From: Laetmonice hystrix
Lineage: Eukaryota
Direction: 5' to 3'
Assembly: GCA_965235115.1 (NCBI GenBank)
Contig: OZ249436.1
Span: 21,454,001 to 21,518,000, forward strand
DNA length: 64,000 nt
Numbering within the stretch: position 1 is the first letter of the stretch; every line of letters starts with the position of its first letter. The notes under the pieces were generated by a model. The model searched no databases, had not been told where the DNA came from, and worked only from the letters and a program-made list of their open reading frames with translations. The position numbers and the translations under genes are program-made. This document shows positions 14,643 through 27,085 of this stretch, one piece after another.

Positions 14643-14823
14643 CAGTGGCGGATCCAGGAATTTTATTTTGGGGGGGGGGGGGGGCTGACCAGCGGGCAAA
14701 AACATATTATTAGGCCAAGGCAAAAAATATATGACAACTATGATCATTATTGGATGATAAAAATAACATCGTCCAGTATTTAGGGGGGCTGGAGCCCCCT
14801 TAGGCCCCCTGGATCCGCCAGTG
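14643..14823. mobile_element. MITE in TSC2 3' UTR
   Basis: TIR CAGTGGCGGATCCAGG / CCTGGATCCGCCAGTG (1 mismatch); GGGGT on both flanks (5-bp TSD, low complexity). Confidence 0.75.
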
Positions 14824-15342
14824 GGGGTGTTTGGAATGGAAATGACAGCATTCTAGTTACGATAATAATAAGGCTCCGAATGCCGGAGTAAATTGCCAGT
14901 CTGCACCGAGAAATCTAACATGTTTGCTTGGTGAAAGAGCTTATTTTTGGCCCCCTTTTTTCAAAGTACGGGGCATCTTACAGAGATGACTGTGTCTTCT
15001 ATGGAGACAGATTATAGACAGCTCAGTGTTGTCAGGGTTGTTTGTGGTCGTGTGCATGCTGCTGTATTGTAGATTGTTGAGACAATGAAACTGATGTTAA
15101 AACAAGGCAGACGTACACAGATCCTGCTGTTAACTGCCAGCAGGTTGATTTCTACTGACCTGAGATAGCTCTATATTATTGTACATACCGGTACCTCACG
15201 TGCTACAATGGAGTTTTCCCCAGTCGTCATATGCGCACATCTTGGAAACTAAAGTTCATATAATGTCGTTTCAGATTATTATCTTTTATGTCCCATCAAC
15301 CTGTAAAACTTCAGGAACTTCTTTTTTATGGTAAAAGTTAAG

Positions 15343-15348
15343 AAATAA
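15343..15348 (+). terminator. Candidate polyadenylation signal of TSC2
   Basis: AATAAA ~1.1 kb after the TSC2 stop. Confidence 0.4.
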
Positions 15349-18250
15349 AGACTGATAAGCCGTCGGCTATTTAGGAATTATAAGGACTGATTCGACACTA
15401 TTCTCCTTTTGAGTGTGTACCCATGTATAGGGAAGATATACGGATACGGTTACAATGTAGCGGATTTGAAAAGGAAACTACCCAAGTTGTGTGTGGTACC
15501 ATAATGTTTGAATGATATTAAGTGCCTTTCAATACAATATATCCCTTCTGTCAACCCAGTGTGTATTGACAGATCATAAAGATTAGCAGGTTGAAAATCC
15601 TTTGTATTGAACATAACTAGTTCTTTATGATTTGCTCGAAGATAAGTGAGCAGAGAGGTTGAAGGTGAATGTTCTCTTCCTGAATGACGTCTTTGATATT
15701 GTAGAATGGAGGGAGCGTGTGGCATACAGGAAGGGGGTAATAAGGAGGCCTTGCACTATGAGTAACCAGACATTTTCCAGAAAATATTAATTAACATTTA
15801 AATTGAGGTACCGCTATTATTTCTGTCTTTCCTCTGCTTTTTGAGCAGTTACTGATATTTCGTACACGTAAATGATCTGGATAATTGAGTTTCCAGCAGG
15901 CAATATCATTTCGCGACATATAGGACAGTATTATCGTGTTAACGAGCGGAGTAAGACAGAAATCTATTGTGTCACCTTTTTTTTTCTTTTTTTTTATCGA
16001 AATGTTACAGAGTATAGGGATATATCGGTATATGAGATTTCCCATTTCTTTATCAGTTCAATTTGATGAATGTCTCCGTTTTGAGAATAATGGGGATGCC
16101 TGAGTTTTGCTGTGGGAGTAAACTATGCCTGGACATATCAAAAAATATAATACTACTCATCTAACTTAGGACAGGTCCGAATAGATACTGTGTAGTGGAA
16201 CACGCTGTCAAATAGCGGCCTATCGCAATTCCAGTAAGATGACCCTGTCGAATTCTGCTATAATGGGAACATGTTATTTTTGTTTGGCTATTCCACCTCT
16301 ACCAGAAGTGTAGGTATACTACATATTTTGAAAGGGGTTGTCACTTTCCGTTTGTGTAAACATATTTGCAAGATTACTATGAATAGCCGAAACAAAGGAA
16401 AACTGCTGTTTAAAACAGGAATGGAGTCGTGCCATATGATAGATGACAAGTAAAATCACCAAGAAGATGGTATAAAAAAATTAATTGTCAAGATGTGAAG
16501 GTATATTGGGCAGAGTACGGTATACCCGTAAAGGCTACAGTTTGATATAAGTTATATGATCGTCCTGCTTATGTAAAATGTATATATTTACTATTGATAC
16601 GAGATTCGTCACATGTGAACGGATAGAGTTTGTTGTGATTTGTGTGCTATATTAATGAAGATACGAAATCCTAAGGCTAACTTAGGAGCTGTAAGTGTGA
16701 TACTTTTGTTGCAGTATTATTGGATGACAATGGAAATTGTGGAGCAACTCAACACTTCGCAGGCAAGCCACCCGTTTGCATGCCCAATTCGAGCTATTAG
16801 TTAAAGGCAGGCCGAGCTCTTCATAAAAACTGTGCATTGTGAAGTGATTTTTATGGCTCACGGAATATATGTTTGTAATGAAAACGGTGTCATTCCTCGT
16901 CACTTTTTCTCAGTTTTTTCCCCTATTTTCTGGCAAGATCAGAACCCCCCCCCCCCCTATAAATCTACGTTATTGGTTTTCTCGTTTGTTTTATTATAAC
17001 ATTACAGTTAAAAACAATATCCATAGATATAACGGCTGCGCTGTCGTTTCTACATTCCTTTACCACAAAAAATAATGTGGTATGATACAATGTACTTGGT
17101 TTCGGGGGTCTTAAATATTGATGTCAGGTTAAGAAAGGTATCGCAAAATGCTCCAATGGATGAGTTGTTAATTAATAATATAGTGAATGCACATGAAAGG
17201 CGATTCCGTAGAAAAGGAGCGGGAAGACCTTGCTGGAATCCCTGTCCCACTCCAGCACAAAGATAGCCCTAACTATTCCCGCACGCCGTTCACATCGTGG
17301 CCTACTCCCTGCGGATACACGTGTCGAATCGTCCGATCGTATATCAGAATACCAGAGGTCCGCTCCAGGCGCTCAGACTATGGCAGTGTGCCATGAGAGG
17401 CAAGGCATGCACTTGATGTAGGGTCACGCCAGCGACCAAGAGCGTCCTCCTGACTTTCGAAATTCGGAATCCAGCGGCAGTGTTCAGTAGCCTATAGCAA
17501 AATTCTAGGATGACTATTGATACAGACTGCAAAGCAAGATTAAAGATACTGGTAATTATCAGACGGTTATTTCATTGATGTCTGTAGTCACAATATCATT
17601 GATCGATATAATAAAAAATTGCCGTTAATATTCAGAGATATTTTTGCCATCTGACCACGGGCCATCTAAACACGTGCACCCATGATGTGTTCTTCGTAGG
17701 CCTGTCTGATGCTGGCCTTCAATCGAGAAAAGGGATGCAGAACTATAATAGTGAACAAACACCAGCACAGAGGAATATTTTTACTACAAATGCTTTGACA
17801 AGTTGTGGTTATACGAAATAAATGTACGGGTTCTAACGTAACGAGGTGACGTACGTACGTCAGATCCCAACCTTAGAGACGTGGACTGAACTAATCTATC
17901 CTACTTCCTGGCAGCCGGTCACCAGTAAACTGATCTTCAGGACATTCGTACTAAACATAGAAATAGGCCTATGTACTACACAAGTGAATGACCTGCTGGG
18001 ACTCTGTAGGCGAGGGGCAGGTTTGGAACTGTCAGTGGCTATTTCTGGTTAGAGATTGCTGGGTCCCAGGCTGGTCCCATGCACTATTAGGATCGAAGGG
18101 AAGAAAAGCTTAACTGATTCGGAAATTATATGTTTTAATGGGTATATCCCAACTGAGAAGCCAAAGGAACATGAACCGGCCGTCTGGTTATGGTTGAAAT
18201 AAAACTTTCTAAGTAAAGTAAAGAATGAGTCGGTCAATTTATTAGCCCTT

Positions 18251-18427
18251 CAGTGGCGGATCCGAGAGGGTTGCAACCCCTCCCTTGGGAACCAATTTTC
18301 GCCAGACTTTGCTCCTTCAACCAACTATCCCAAATCCTGGATGCGCCCGTGCCCTTTCCATTTTATCCAAAATCCTGAAACCGCCCGTGCCCTTTCCATT
18401 TTATCCAAAATCCTGGATCCGCCCGTG
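18251..18427. mobile_element. MITE related to 14643 element, right end triplicated
   Basis: CAGTGGCGGATCC ... GGATCCGCCCGTG; CCCTT on both flanks; ~38-bp unit spanning right TIR plus flank repeated 3x (~18327-18443). Confidence 0.7.
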
Positions 18428-19660
18428 CCCTTTCCATTTTATCAGACCTACCGACTCTCAAGATAGGACGTGTGCACACACCCCTCGACTTTTATTCAGT
18501 TTTCAGTAAAGCTTTATATCATGGTCTAACCTAAAAAATAATTTTGCCTCGCTACGCTCGGCATGATTTGATTGAGACGAATGAATCTTCATAACAAATA
18601 TTTTAAAAAAAGGCTATTCTAGCCCCCCCCCCCCCCCCCACCCGATCCTCCAGTGTATATGAATGGCGGCCTAGCGATAGGTCTTCACATGTTCCTGGAA
18701 TAAACTCCGAAACCTTGCTGAGAAATCACAACCAAAATCGTTTCTAATTTTACCAGAACACGTCTTATGACTACCAATTACACTCCTTTATCCGGCACTT
18801 CCCCACTCGATCTGGCAAATCTAGTTGGGACTAGTTGAGAATAGGTTTCTACGTGATCTAGTACCCCTTCCATCAAGTATGTTTACATTATAAGAACTCT
18901 TGCCCCCCCCCCCCCCGACTTTTTCCAGTATGAGGGATCTCTGCAGGGACCGGCCTTCCGTCCAGTCTGATCTGGACTCATAAAAAGGCTGAGTTCGGGT
19001 TTTGTCATATATTTATGCGGAGGTGTATCCTCAAATTGATACATGGCAATTAATGGTTAATAATATGAATACAACGTAATATTAAATGGCGTATACATGT
19101 ACGCTGAATTCAACCGTTGAGGACGATTTAATAGGTCACTGCGATTATAGGGTTTATGTTTAGTACAAATTGGAACAATAAAAAACGACCAACACCTTTA
19201 TCAGTGTCAATACACAATATGGAGAAACTGTTTTATTTCCAAGACAATTGCACTAATACAATTTTGCCGACTGATGTTACTCTCACATGACTTAGAGCAG
19301 CAGGGATGAGATCCGCAGGCCTGTCCTCCCCCCCCCCCCGACACTCATGCCCACCATGATATTGGGAATCAATACACGCGCCAGCCTGATGCACACCCTC
19401 CCCTCCCATCCCAGAGATCTAGGCCGAATCCACCGATCCATCAATAATACTCGTAATTCAACACCACCTGTATTTTCATAATGGAAGGCAGATTCGAAGA
19501 AGATGACGAGCATTTGTTCTTCCTAAAATGAAATTTCTAACCTCACATCTTTAATTCGCAGTTTAAAATGCAGTGCAAAATAAGGCATACATCAATGACT
19601 CCATCACTTAGGTTGACATCGGTCATCTCGCTGTCTCCTGCTACCCGTGGATTGACCATC

Positions 19661-20103
19661 TGTGCAGGTCTTAACTGACAACTGGTTTAAATTGACAACA
19701 GTTGTCAGTTTAGATCCATGTCTAAACTGACAAATAATGATCACTAGTGCTGGAATGATAATCACTAATTTGAACTGATTCAGGAGATGACAGCACCGAA
19801 CGATAATTGCTCTCTGTGAAAGGCACTGTAGAAATAAAGGTTCCACTTTAGATTTTCTCATCACTTCATTAATTACAGGTATTACAAGTATATTGTTAGA
19901 TGCAACACACAAAACAACAAAACATGGCGCACTGCCAATATTTTTGGTTGTTGTAAGAAAAATGCAGGCTACATTCCTGCCAAATCAGTTCCAATTAGTA
20001 ATTTATCATTCCAGCACTCGTGATCATTATTTGTCAGTTTAGACCTGGATGTAAAGTGACAACTGTTGTTAGTTTAAACCAGTTGTCAGTTAAGACTTGC
20101 ACA
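19661..20103. mobile_element. Non-autonomous DNA transposon, TGT...ACA ends, ~120-bp TIRs (Ginger2/TDD-like)
   Basis: TGTGCAGGTCTTAACTGACAAC... / ...GTTGTCAGTTAAGACTTGCACA; inverted similarity 19661-19780 vs 19983-20103; exact CCATC TSD. Confidence 0.8.
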
Positions 20104-23100
20104 CCATCCCATCAACCATCTCCCTGCCTCAACCCCCCTGGCTGCAGTCCTTCTCTCGAGTTGGTTCTAACATTAAGTCGCAATTAATGGCACAAGACTA
20201 TCTGAACCTGCATCATTTCATTTAGATGTTCACCACTTGAAAGCGGCAGATTGATCTCCATTTACTTTTGGTCCTGACGACGACTACAGGATTTTGATCT
20301 CTCAGAAAGCAAACTTACACCCAGGCACAAATCTTTAGGACAACAATTCACAACTGGATCTAAAATATAGCTACTGTCCTGACAAGTTTCATCAGTCATG
20401 TATCAAACACTGTTGATGACATAGTCACTGTATAAAACTGTTATCAAAATAGACAAAAGTCTTTCCCCTCCCTTAAAGGGGCATTAATAATAAAGCAGTT
20501 TCATTAAAAACAATAACAATAAACCTCAACATGATAACACTTATGGGGAAAAAGGGTTGTTGTGTCAGTTCTCCTGACGACACCAGCCCGAAGAAACCAG
20601 TGCATGGCGTCTAAATGTTGATATGAATAATAACCCAGAAAAACTAGGGCTTATTCTTCAAGTAGATCAGCTGCCTATTGGTCACTGCCAATGATGACAG
20701 AAGAACTTATACCTGATACTCTGTACTTTCTAAACCGTATACCGGTACATGTAAAGAATGAGACATTCTTCCCCCTAAATCTGAATATTTTACAAACATG
20801 TTGTTCCTTGAATATCAAATTAAAAGGGAGTTTTTCTAATCACTCATTGTTACACAAAACCAATGCCTATTCAAACATTACCGTAATTCATCACTACCAA
20901 CATGGAGAAAATGAACCACTAAGATGTGCTCATTTTAATTTAACAAAATAAAATAGCCACAGTAATTTATAACTTCTTGTAAATTTTGAGTTACATATGA
21001 ACACGTTTCAAACGGACAATAATGGTTAGGCACTAAGCAAGCAGTACATCCTTAAATTCACATGTTGAATAACATCACGCCAAGTTGATATCACGTTCCT
21101 GCATCCGTAAGGTTTGGCCCCACTAACATTTAATGTTAGGTGAAGTCCTGAACCCCTTCTTATGCAGCTTCTGTACTATATACAGTTTCATTGACAGTTA
21201 CAGCTGCCTATTGGTCACTGCCAATGAGTCCAGCAGTATAAACGCTGTGGTTCACAACGGGCACCCCCGACAGTGCTCTTGCTTAAAGAACACGGTCAAT
21301 TGTTGAGATCACCTAGAACGGCTTTTATAAGTGTTGCCAGTGAAGTACTTTCCAGTCTCTTTTGTCATATTTTCCCAGTTCAATTTCTTATCCTTCTCCT
21401 GTACTGTAGTAGAAGTGTTGAAAGATATTTATAACTCTTATAATGACCATCTGGTTGTTGGCCAACATATCATTGAGAAGATATTCATCTTATAACTTAA
21501 ATTAGGTAAAAAAATAATGGTTTTCCTGTGATTTATGACCCCCCCTTAAAAAAAATGGGTAAAGACGATTGTCTTTTTTAATTCAATGGAAAATACCCAT
21601 CATCCCCCACAAATTTTGCAAGAAAATATACCCAAAGTGAATTAATGAGAGGCAGTATTCTTTAGTTAAGGACTGTAAGTATCATACATGTTTTAAAGAC
21701 TGCCGATTTTCGAATTTTTTGCCAGTTTACCTTCCCTTTAAACGGACTCCCAGTAGTAGAGCTAAGTAACACCGTTACAGTCAAGTAAGTATCTTAATTC
21801 CTCAGCAGACAAAAGCAGAAGTTCCGCTACTCAAATAAAAAGACTGGGAAGCACTGCACAGGACCGCACTGTAATGTTTTGACGAAGCACAGATCAAGTA
21901 AAATGTCACTAATGCTTATGACACTTGTAGAAATACAATGTACGGCAGTTCCTTTCATTTTATAATATACATATCTCATATAGCTCATCTATTAATATAT
22001 CACAGTAGTGTACCAGTCACTGCTGGTGACACAATATATGAAATAACGGCTACACAGTTTGGCACATGTGTATCAAACACTGTTGATGACACATTTGAGA
22101 ATGTTTTGGTGTAAAACCATTCTGAAATGTCATGGAATGCGTGCTGAGCACTGCCAGCGACACAAATATGTATAAAAATATAATATATTTTTGATGTCTA
22201 AGTAGACTTAATATTACATAACATACACACAAGGCAATGATATGTCTTGCATCAAAATTACATCATCCTGCAACTACACAAAGAAAACTTGTCCCACCTA
22301 CACAACACCTGGTAGTTCATATGTCTCCCAGTCAAGTAAGACATCTCTGGAATTTGTTTCAATGAGGAAGGACTCATATGTTTGAAATTTTCTGTGGGAG
22401 ATATGCTGGATTTACAACATACAAAATCTGTCAAAATGTCCGACACCGCATAATAAACAAAATGTTTGTACGTGAACAAAATAAAACCTTTCTCGCTAAC
22501 AAGAGGTACCTGGTATACCATTATTATCAGTCATACATACCGTACCTTTTAACTTTTAAACCCTTTTTATTAAAAAGGTTTTGAAAAACGGCTTTTAGAA
22601 CATTCCTAGTACCGGTATAAGACACGTTTAGTTTACCCAGGTACCTACAGATTTCCTCACCATATTCTTTCCAGCTTCAACTCAATAAACAGGATTTGTT
22701 ACACAGCTAGATATTCAATATTGCTTATATCCCAGTTTCCTGTGGGCCTATAATGTGGCAAATTCCTACTTTTAAGTTGACTTTCTTTAAAAAGATAGCA
22801 ACCCATATTTATTTTAACACGTCATGCCTGGTATTTTCTTACAGAATTGTTCATGCTTCATTTCTCGACACTACTATAAGCAACTCAAAATGCTTACAAT
22901 ATCGTAAATCTGTATTTCACTTTGAAATGGTAAGGTCACTGAACTTACTTTCATGGTATTTACCCCAGTATTACCCCTGTAAGACAGCATTATGACCTAA
23001 CCACAGTTGTTCAAGTTCACAGTTTCAAAGGCACTGGCACCTTCATATACATGTATACTGGTACGACTTTCTATCCATGTTCAATAGTACCTAGGTGGTT

Positions 23101-23149
23101 ATTTATCATACATAATTATGGAGATATAATTATAAGCCACTGATAATAT

Positions 23150-23490
23150 TAGGCATGAGAGAGTGACGACTGAAAAAAAAATCTGAAAATTTCCGGGGCT
23201 ATGGAAAATGGTGAGGCCCTTTGGATATCAAGGGGCAAAGCCCCTGTAAGCTGAGCAAACAAAATCAGGTACCCTAGAGTTTTCACAAAACACAGTTTGC
23301 TTCGAGACTTTATGCCAGGATGACGCAATGTTGCAATGTTTGCTGGCAAGTTTTGATGAATTCGAACAGGTTTTACCCTCACCCCCCCCCCCCCCCCCCA
23401 TCATAATGCATTTTGAGATCTCAATGGATTTGCATCGATCTCGATGACCACAAATTTGGAGGTAAAAAAATCGGAACACTCTCATGCCTG
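23150..23490. mobile_element. MITE, 6-bp TSD (hAT-like)
   Basis: TAGGCATGAGAG / CTCTCATGCCTG; TAATAT on both flanks. Confidence 0.8.
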
Positions 23491-24042
23491 TAATATGCAT
23501 GGCCTTGTTTGACCTTAGTTAGGTGACTCATTGTCATGGAAAATGGTGCTAAAAGTCCATTTATTATCTTGCACTATTTTCAAAACATGACCCAAAATTA
23601 TTATGCATGTCAAAAACAAATATGACTGCTACGTCCCATATCATCTGAACAGAAAGTATATTGACTCACATGTAGGGTTCCCCTCATTTGCCTCCTCCCG
23701 GCAACAAGTTAGAAAGAATTCCAGATGATTGTTGTTTCAAATGTTTTTACTTCCAAAATGGCCACCAACTGGCCATTTTGAATTATACCAATCATGTATT
23801 TCATGTGCATCATCCTCAGATGAACCCTGACCATTATGAAAGGTTTCAAACAATTAAATCAAAACAATTTGAAGAAATCTCTGTCCACAGAAGAAATCTC
23901 TGTCCATAGACATACGCATGGCTGTACAGACGCAGGTCAAATAAGAAGCCCCATGCCTTTGGATGGGGCATCTTTCCTGACTATGTTCTTGATTCCTTCT
24001 GGCGTTATTACTTCCCGCACTCTTATATGCCAGGTGCACTTG

Positions 24043-24645
24043 TTACAATGGTCTTGGCAAGAAGTGGACTTTTGCCCTTCTCTTACTCCTGTTTGATTGA
24101 TGTTCTGGAACAAAATAGAGTAAAACTTTTCAGTTGAGAGGAACCAAACTGTTAATGTTATCTTTTAGATTACCGTTAAATTACTAAAGATATCTTAAGA
24201 TTGTACCATATACTTAAAACCAAATGTCCTTATTTCAAAGTTTTAACAATAAGAAAGTGATTTTCCACTTTAACTTGTTTAAGTCAAGTGGCATAATACA
24301 AGACCTTTTCATGCTGAAAGTTCAAACCTTATACATACCAGTCAATGATCCTAGCCTGGGTGCAATGCGAAGTTTTTTTACCAGTGGATTGACTGGAGGA
24401 AGCCTACGAACAATGCGCCGCTGTTGCACAGACTCCGTATTTTCAAACATTCTATGATGTACATGGTATGTTTCACCACGGATTTCCTTCTCAGACAGAT
24501 AGCGTGGCACATAACGTAGTCTTCGCCCATGCGATTCTTTGCTTCCATAAGACACAGCCAGTATTATTATAGCAACAAAGAAGACCACAACGAGGAGGAG
24601 AATGATGCCTCTAAGGACAGTGTCCTGCAGTCTAGAGGATAACAT
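24043..24645 (-). CDS. Probable small orphan single-pass membrane or secreted protein (~122 aa)
   Basis: Exon 24646-24339 (tttcag|gATG ... g|gtatgt) encodes MLSSRLQDTVLRG-IILLLVVVFFVAIIILAV (TM) plus a basic region; exon 24104-24043 (ttccag| acceptor) gives EHQSNRSKRRAKVHFLPRPL*. Probable non-coding first exon with donor at ~26568. No recognisable homologue. Confidence 0.5.
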
Positions 24646-24930
24646 CCTGAAACATAAAAAAAATGCCTTTTTATGGATAAGCATTACCATCATTGGTGCC
24701 AGTCTTTCAGTACTGCCAGTACCACTGCATAATAATACACTTAACAAGTTAATGAATTATGAAGGGATATTTACCTAATCCAACTTCATCTGTTCAATAA
24801 GTGAAAACAAAAACTAGTATAAGTCTGTAATTTACATTCTTACTTTGGTTGGATTTGAAGGTTGTTTTGTTTTCATGATCCCTGAATTATCCCTGTAATA
24901 TACTAAACTACCTATTCTATATAAAAATGA

Positions 24931-25308
24931 CAGGCCTCGAATTAGAAGTTAAAAGGGGCACGGCAAAAATTGCCGTCGAGGGCCTTGTTTAAAGGAGGGC
25001 ACCACGGCATTTTCAACCAAGTTTAGAAGGGCACCACGGCAAATTTACTTCTCCAAAACCAAATCTCGCATGTCTGGCCTAACAGTAAAACAAGAAATCT
25101 TCACACTTTAGGTTAGTGGCGTTGGTGATCACTAGGGGATCGATGTCAGGGATGATTCAGGGATGGCTGATGGGCACATCACAGCAAGGGAAAAGGGCAC
25201 CACGGCACTGGACTGCCGTCGATGGGGCAAAAAATAGGAGGGCACCACGGCAAATGGAAGGGGCACCACGGCAATTGCCGTCGATGCCGTCGTGTAATTC
25301 GAGGCCTG
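24931..25308. mobile_element. MITE, 6-bp TSD (hAT-like), internal GGGCACCACGGCA repeats
   Basis: Perfect 14-bp TIR CAGGCCTCGAATTA / TAATTCGAGGCCTG; AAATGA on both flanks; an inverted end of the same family lies at ~30014-30068. Confidence 0.88.
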
Positions 25309-26679
25309 AAATGATATAGAGCAAGTTGATGTGTTATTAACATCATCAGGGTTCTAGCTAGGAAAAAATAGTAGGGTTGCTTCATGTGGAAATCTAAAGC
25401 CGGTGAAAACAATATGTGGCGCACTCCACGCACCAGTGCACTGGGGTGCGCTTCAATATAGCCCAAAGAAATAACTCAAGACTATTGTTTTAAGTACATG
25501 TGTGTGTTTTACCATATTACGGGTAACTCTGCACAACTTTGGTACAAAAATTACTTTCAAACAGTGTCAAGACCCAGTCGTTATCTGGTAGCCCAATATT
25601 TTTGCTGCTGTGATACAAATTTAAATATATGCGAAACGAAGCCTGGCAGAAATTTCTCAATGACTTCGCTCTCATCTGCCCAACTCATGCAACTAACATT
25701 TTGGAGGGCCTTGTAAACGTTAATACTGGACTGATTTCCAACCATGATTCGCTGGCGAGTGACGAATTTGGACAAGTTTTACCCCCACCCCTACATATTA
25801 TATCACAACAAAAATTGTTTCTAATTTGACCAGAACACTACACATAAATGACCACACAATATATTATAGGCTATAGTATGCGTTACAAGATGTCAACGGA
25901 TTTGCACCAATAACAGAGTGAGGCAACTTTTTCAAATAAAACGCCTGATATCATACATGTATTTGGGGAAGGAAGTATTATCATTGTACTGCTATGTAAT
26001 GGTGTATGGAGTGACAATGTAACACCCACGGCAAATCATGTCACGCTTGGCTTATGCCTCAAGCGGAAGAAAACTGTCAAATCATTATGCCATTTATGGG
26101 CATGCAACAGAACCAACACTGTAGTCTGTACCGAAGATGACGCGTCATCTTCGTCTGTACTGAGTAGTGTGGAGTACAACTACAAAAGTACAAAGTCAGG
26201 GAGTGGGCCTAGTCTACTCCACTCAACTCGCCACCTGGCACCTCCTTTCAGTTTCTGTTCCCACCACTGACACTGTGTAGTGTTACTGTTAGTACCATTC
26301 CGGGCAAACTAAGTAAAATTTATTATATTGTTGGACAAGAGTGAGAACTGCAGAGATCAGCAGATGTTCATTGAGCTTGGTAGATACTGAGGCCTAACTG
26401 ATTGACTGAGTGTCGTCCCAGTTGCCAGAGGCAAGCCCACACTACAGTGGCTACACTGTCACTGTGTAAGTCAGTGTGTGTTCTAAGACTAGAGTAAGAG
26501 TCTGTCTAAACAGTTTAACTGGTGAGCGGCAGGGCGCACCGGAAAGCCTCAAATAGAAAAATAAATACCTTAGCATTGGCAGGAGCTAATAGATGATACA
26601 TCTGTTTCCCCCGCTGGACTTCTTATGCCAGGACGGCGCCGCAAGTTGTTCTGAACAACAGTTCGAGTTCACGCCTTCC

Positions 26680-27085
26680 TCACGTGCACGCCAACCCGTC
26701 ACCTCTCCGTCACCTCGCACCGTCAGCTTTCGTTCTGCCATCTGGTGGCGACATTGAAACTAAGCGGGTCACGTGTGAAACCCCACCAAGACAAACTTCG
26801 TGCTAAATGTCACTTGTTTCACTTGTATACTGTGCCTTTCGTTAAAGATTGACGTGTAAGGCCTATTTATTTATCTAATGCTTAATCTTGAACTTAAAAT
26901 TGTGGGATCCGGACACTGTCTTGGGAGGGCCTGTATTTTAATTAATAGACCATTGTGAGACCTAAATATTCGTATTCCAAAACGAGGCTTTTCAATTACG
27001 ACGCCATCTTGAAGGCAGGTCTTGATTGTGCCAGGACGTTTTTGAAGTTGCAAATCGTCGATTATTTTACCCATAACTGGGAAAA
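26680..27085. promoter_or_regulatory. Probable bidirectional promoter (LUC7-like / orphan gene)
   Basis: CpG-enriched; CTCF-like CTGCCATCTGGTGGCG (26735-26750), E-boxes CACGTG (~26680, ~26770), YY1-like CGCCATCTT (~27002), between divergent first exons. Confidence 0.55.

Noticed and set aside
17075..17550. Cluster of short ORFs in a CpG-richer patch
   Set aside because: No recognisable domain or consistent exon chain.
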